Origin: an uncultured Candidatus Saccharibacteria bacterium | GTDB lineage: Bacteria; Patescibacteriota; Minisyncoccia; Phycocordibacterales; CSBR16-119 | Direction of reading: 5' to 3' | NCBI GenBank assembly: GCA_964652835.1 | Contig: CAZZCB010000003.1 | Coordinates: forward strand, 1-62,877 | DNA: 62,877 nt | Part shown: positions 62,333-62,877 of the stretch, one piece after another | Layout of the letters: every line of letters starts with the position of its first letter | Position numbering within the stretch: position 1 is the stretch's first letter | Notes under the pieces: generated by a model | What the model saw: only the letters and a program-made list of their open reading frames with translations | What the model was told of the DNA's origin: nothing | The model's database searches: none | Translations under genes and position numbers: made by a program

Positions 62333-62755
62333 CTATTCCTGATCAGAAGCCCAAGCGACGAATGTCTCTTGGTAATCAGGATATACGATGAGTTCCGGTC
62401 CAGGAGAACCATTTTCATCACGCTCAAAATCGATGTAGAAAGGTCGACCAGAGTCAATTTCTACAATCTGTGCTCCACACTTTCCGTGATCTCCATCACA
62501 GAAATAGTCTTTGCGTTTCGGATTCTCTTGAACAAGGGCAACGAAGCCTTTGTCCCAACGCATTCTTCGTGGAGCAGAAAGAGAAGCACCGGGCACTGTG
62601 TGTAGTCTCTTCATTAGCTCTTTACGAACCCATGAAGAAATGATATTCATCTCTGCATCTTCCGACAAAACAACCTTGACCTTGTTCATGTTGTCATTGT
62701 TTTTTGTCCGCTTTCGCGAACGGTTTTTTAAAGTTGTCTGGCTGGAGATTAGCAT
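62333..62755 (-). CDS. Hypothetical protein (about 118-140 aa), higher-GC orphan
   Basis: Balanced composition; probable start MNKVKVV at 62689; ...YFCDGDHGKCGAQIVEID... Confidence 0.5.
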   Translation of the reverse strand: MLISSQTTLKNRSRKRTKNNDNMNKVKVVLSEDAEMNIISSWVRKELMKRLHTVPGASLSAPRRMRWDKGFVALVQENPKRKDYFCDGDHGKCGAQIVEIDSGRPFYIDFERDENGSPGPELIVYPDYQETFVAWASDQE

Positions 62756-62877
62756 ATTTTTATATATTTGTCAAGCATAAAAACCCTTATTTCACAACGT
62801 TTTTGGCACTAAAACTAAGATCTTTTGACCGTTTTAAATATTGCGACTCAAAAATAATAGTATTTTGCCTTAGAAAA

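Overview
This is a low-GC, tightly packed bacterial chromosome segment. Hand counts of single 60-nt lines give about 27-37% G+C in typical genes. The gene content points to a Candidate Phyla Radiation / Patescibacteria (Parcubacteria-like) organism. That call rests on compact housekeeping genes (short IF-2 and Fmt), many small secreted or membrane proteins, cohesin/dockerin proteins, T4SS-pilin-like arrays, a lamin-tail-domain protein, and an ECF sigma paired with a DUF5667-like partner.

Housekeeping genes recognised from motifs: secA (partial), dnaE, rnhB, truB, cspA, uppP, fmt, def, hisS, lepB, pth, rpsA, ychF, gyrA, rbfA, infB, hpf, ppi, udg, a cysteine desulfurase, and five tRNAs.

Three accessory regions stand out:
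1. A 10.3-kb, eight-gene co-directional surface-protein locus (10033-20371). It combines a WxL/Csc-like module (two paralogous WxL-like proteins plus a DUF916/DUF3324-like anchor carrying LysM) with a cohesin-cohesin-dockerin module.
2. A seven-gene operon (49409-55002). An orphan membrane-anchored solute-binding protein is followed by six tandem paralogues of a two-TM T4SS-pilin-like domain, three of them fused to large unique ectodomains.
3. A tRNA-Asn(GUU) gene interrupted by a 238-nt group I intron. It sits next to a GIY-YIG nuclease gene that is flanked by duplicated tRNA 5' ends.

Several higher-GC islets (about 43-55% by hand counts) carry orphan genes. One holds a Bacteroidota-style T9SS C-terminal-sorting-domain protein plus a beta-barrel-like protein; another holds an SPFH protein with a membrane partner beside a tRNA cluster. 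No CRISPR array, rRNA gene or intact transposase was seen.

All functional calls come from reading the translated ORFs and the DNA by eye. No database search was possible.
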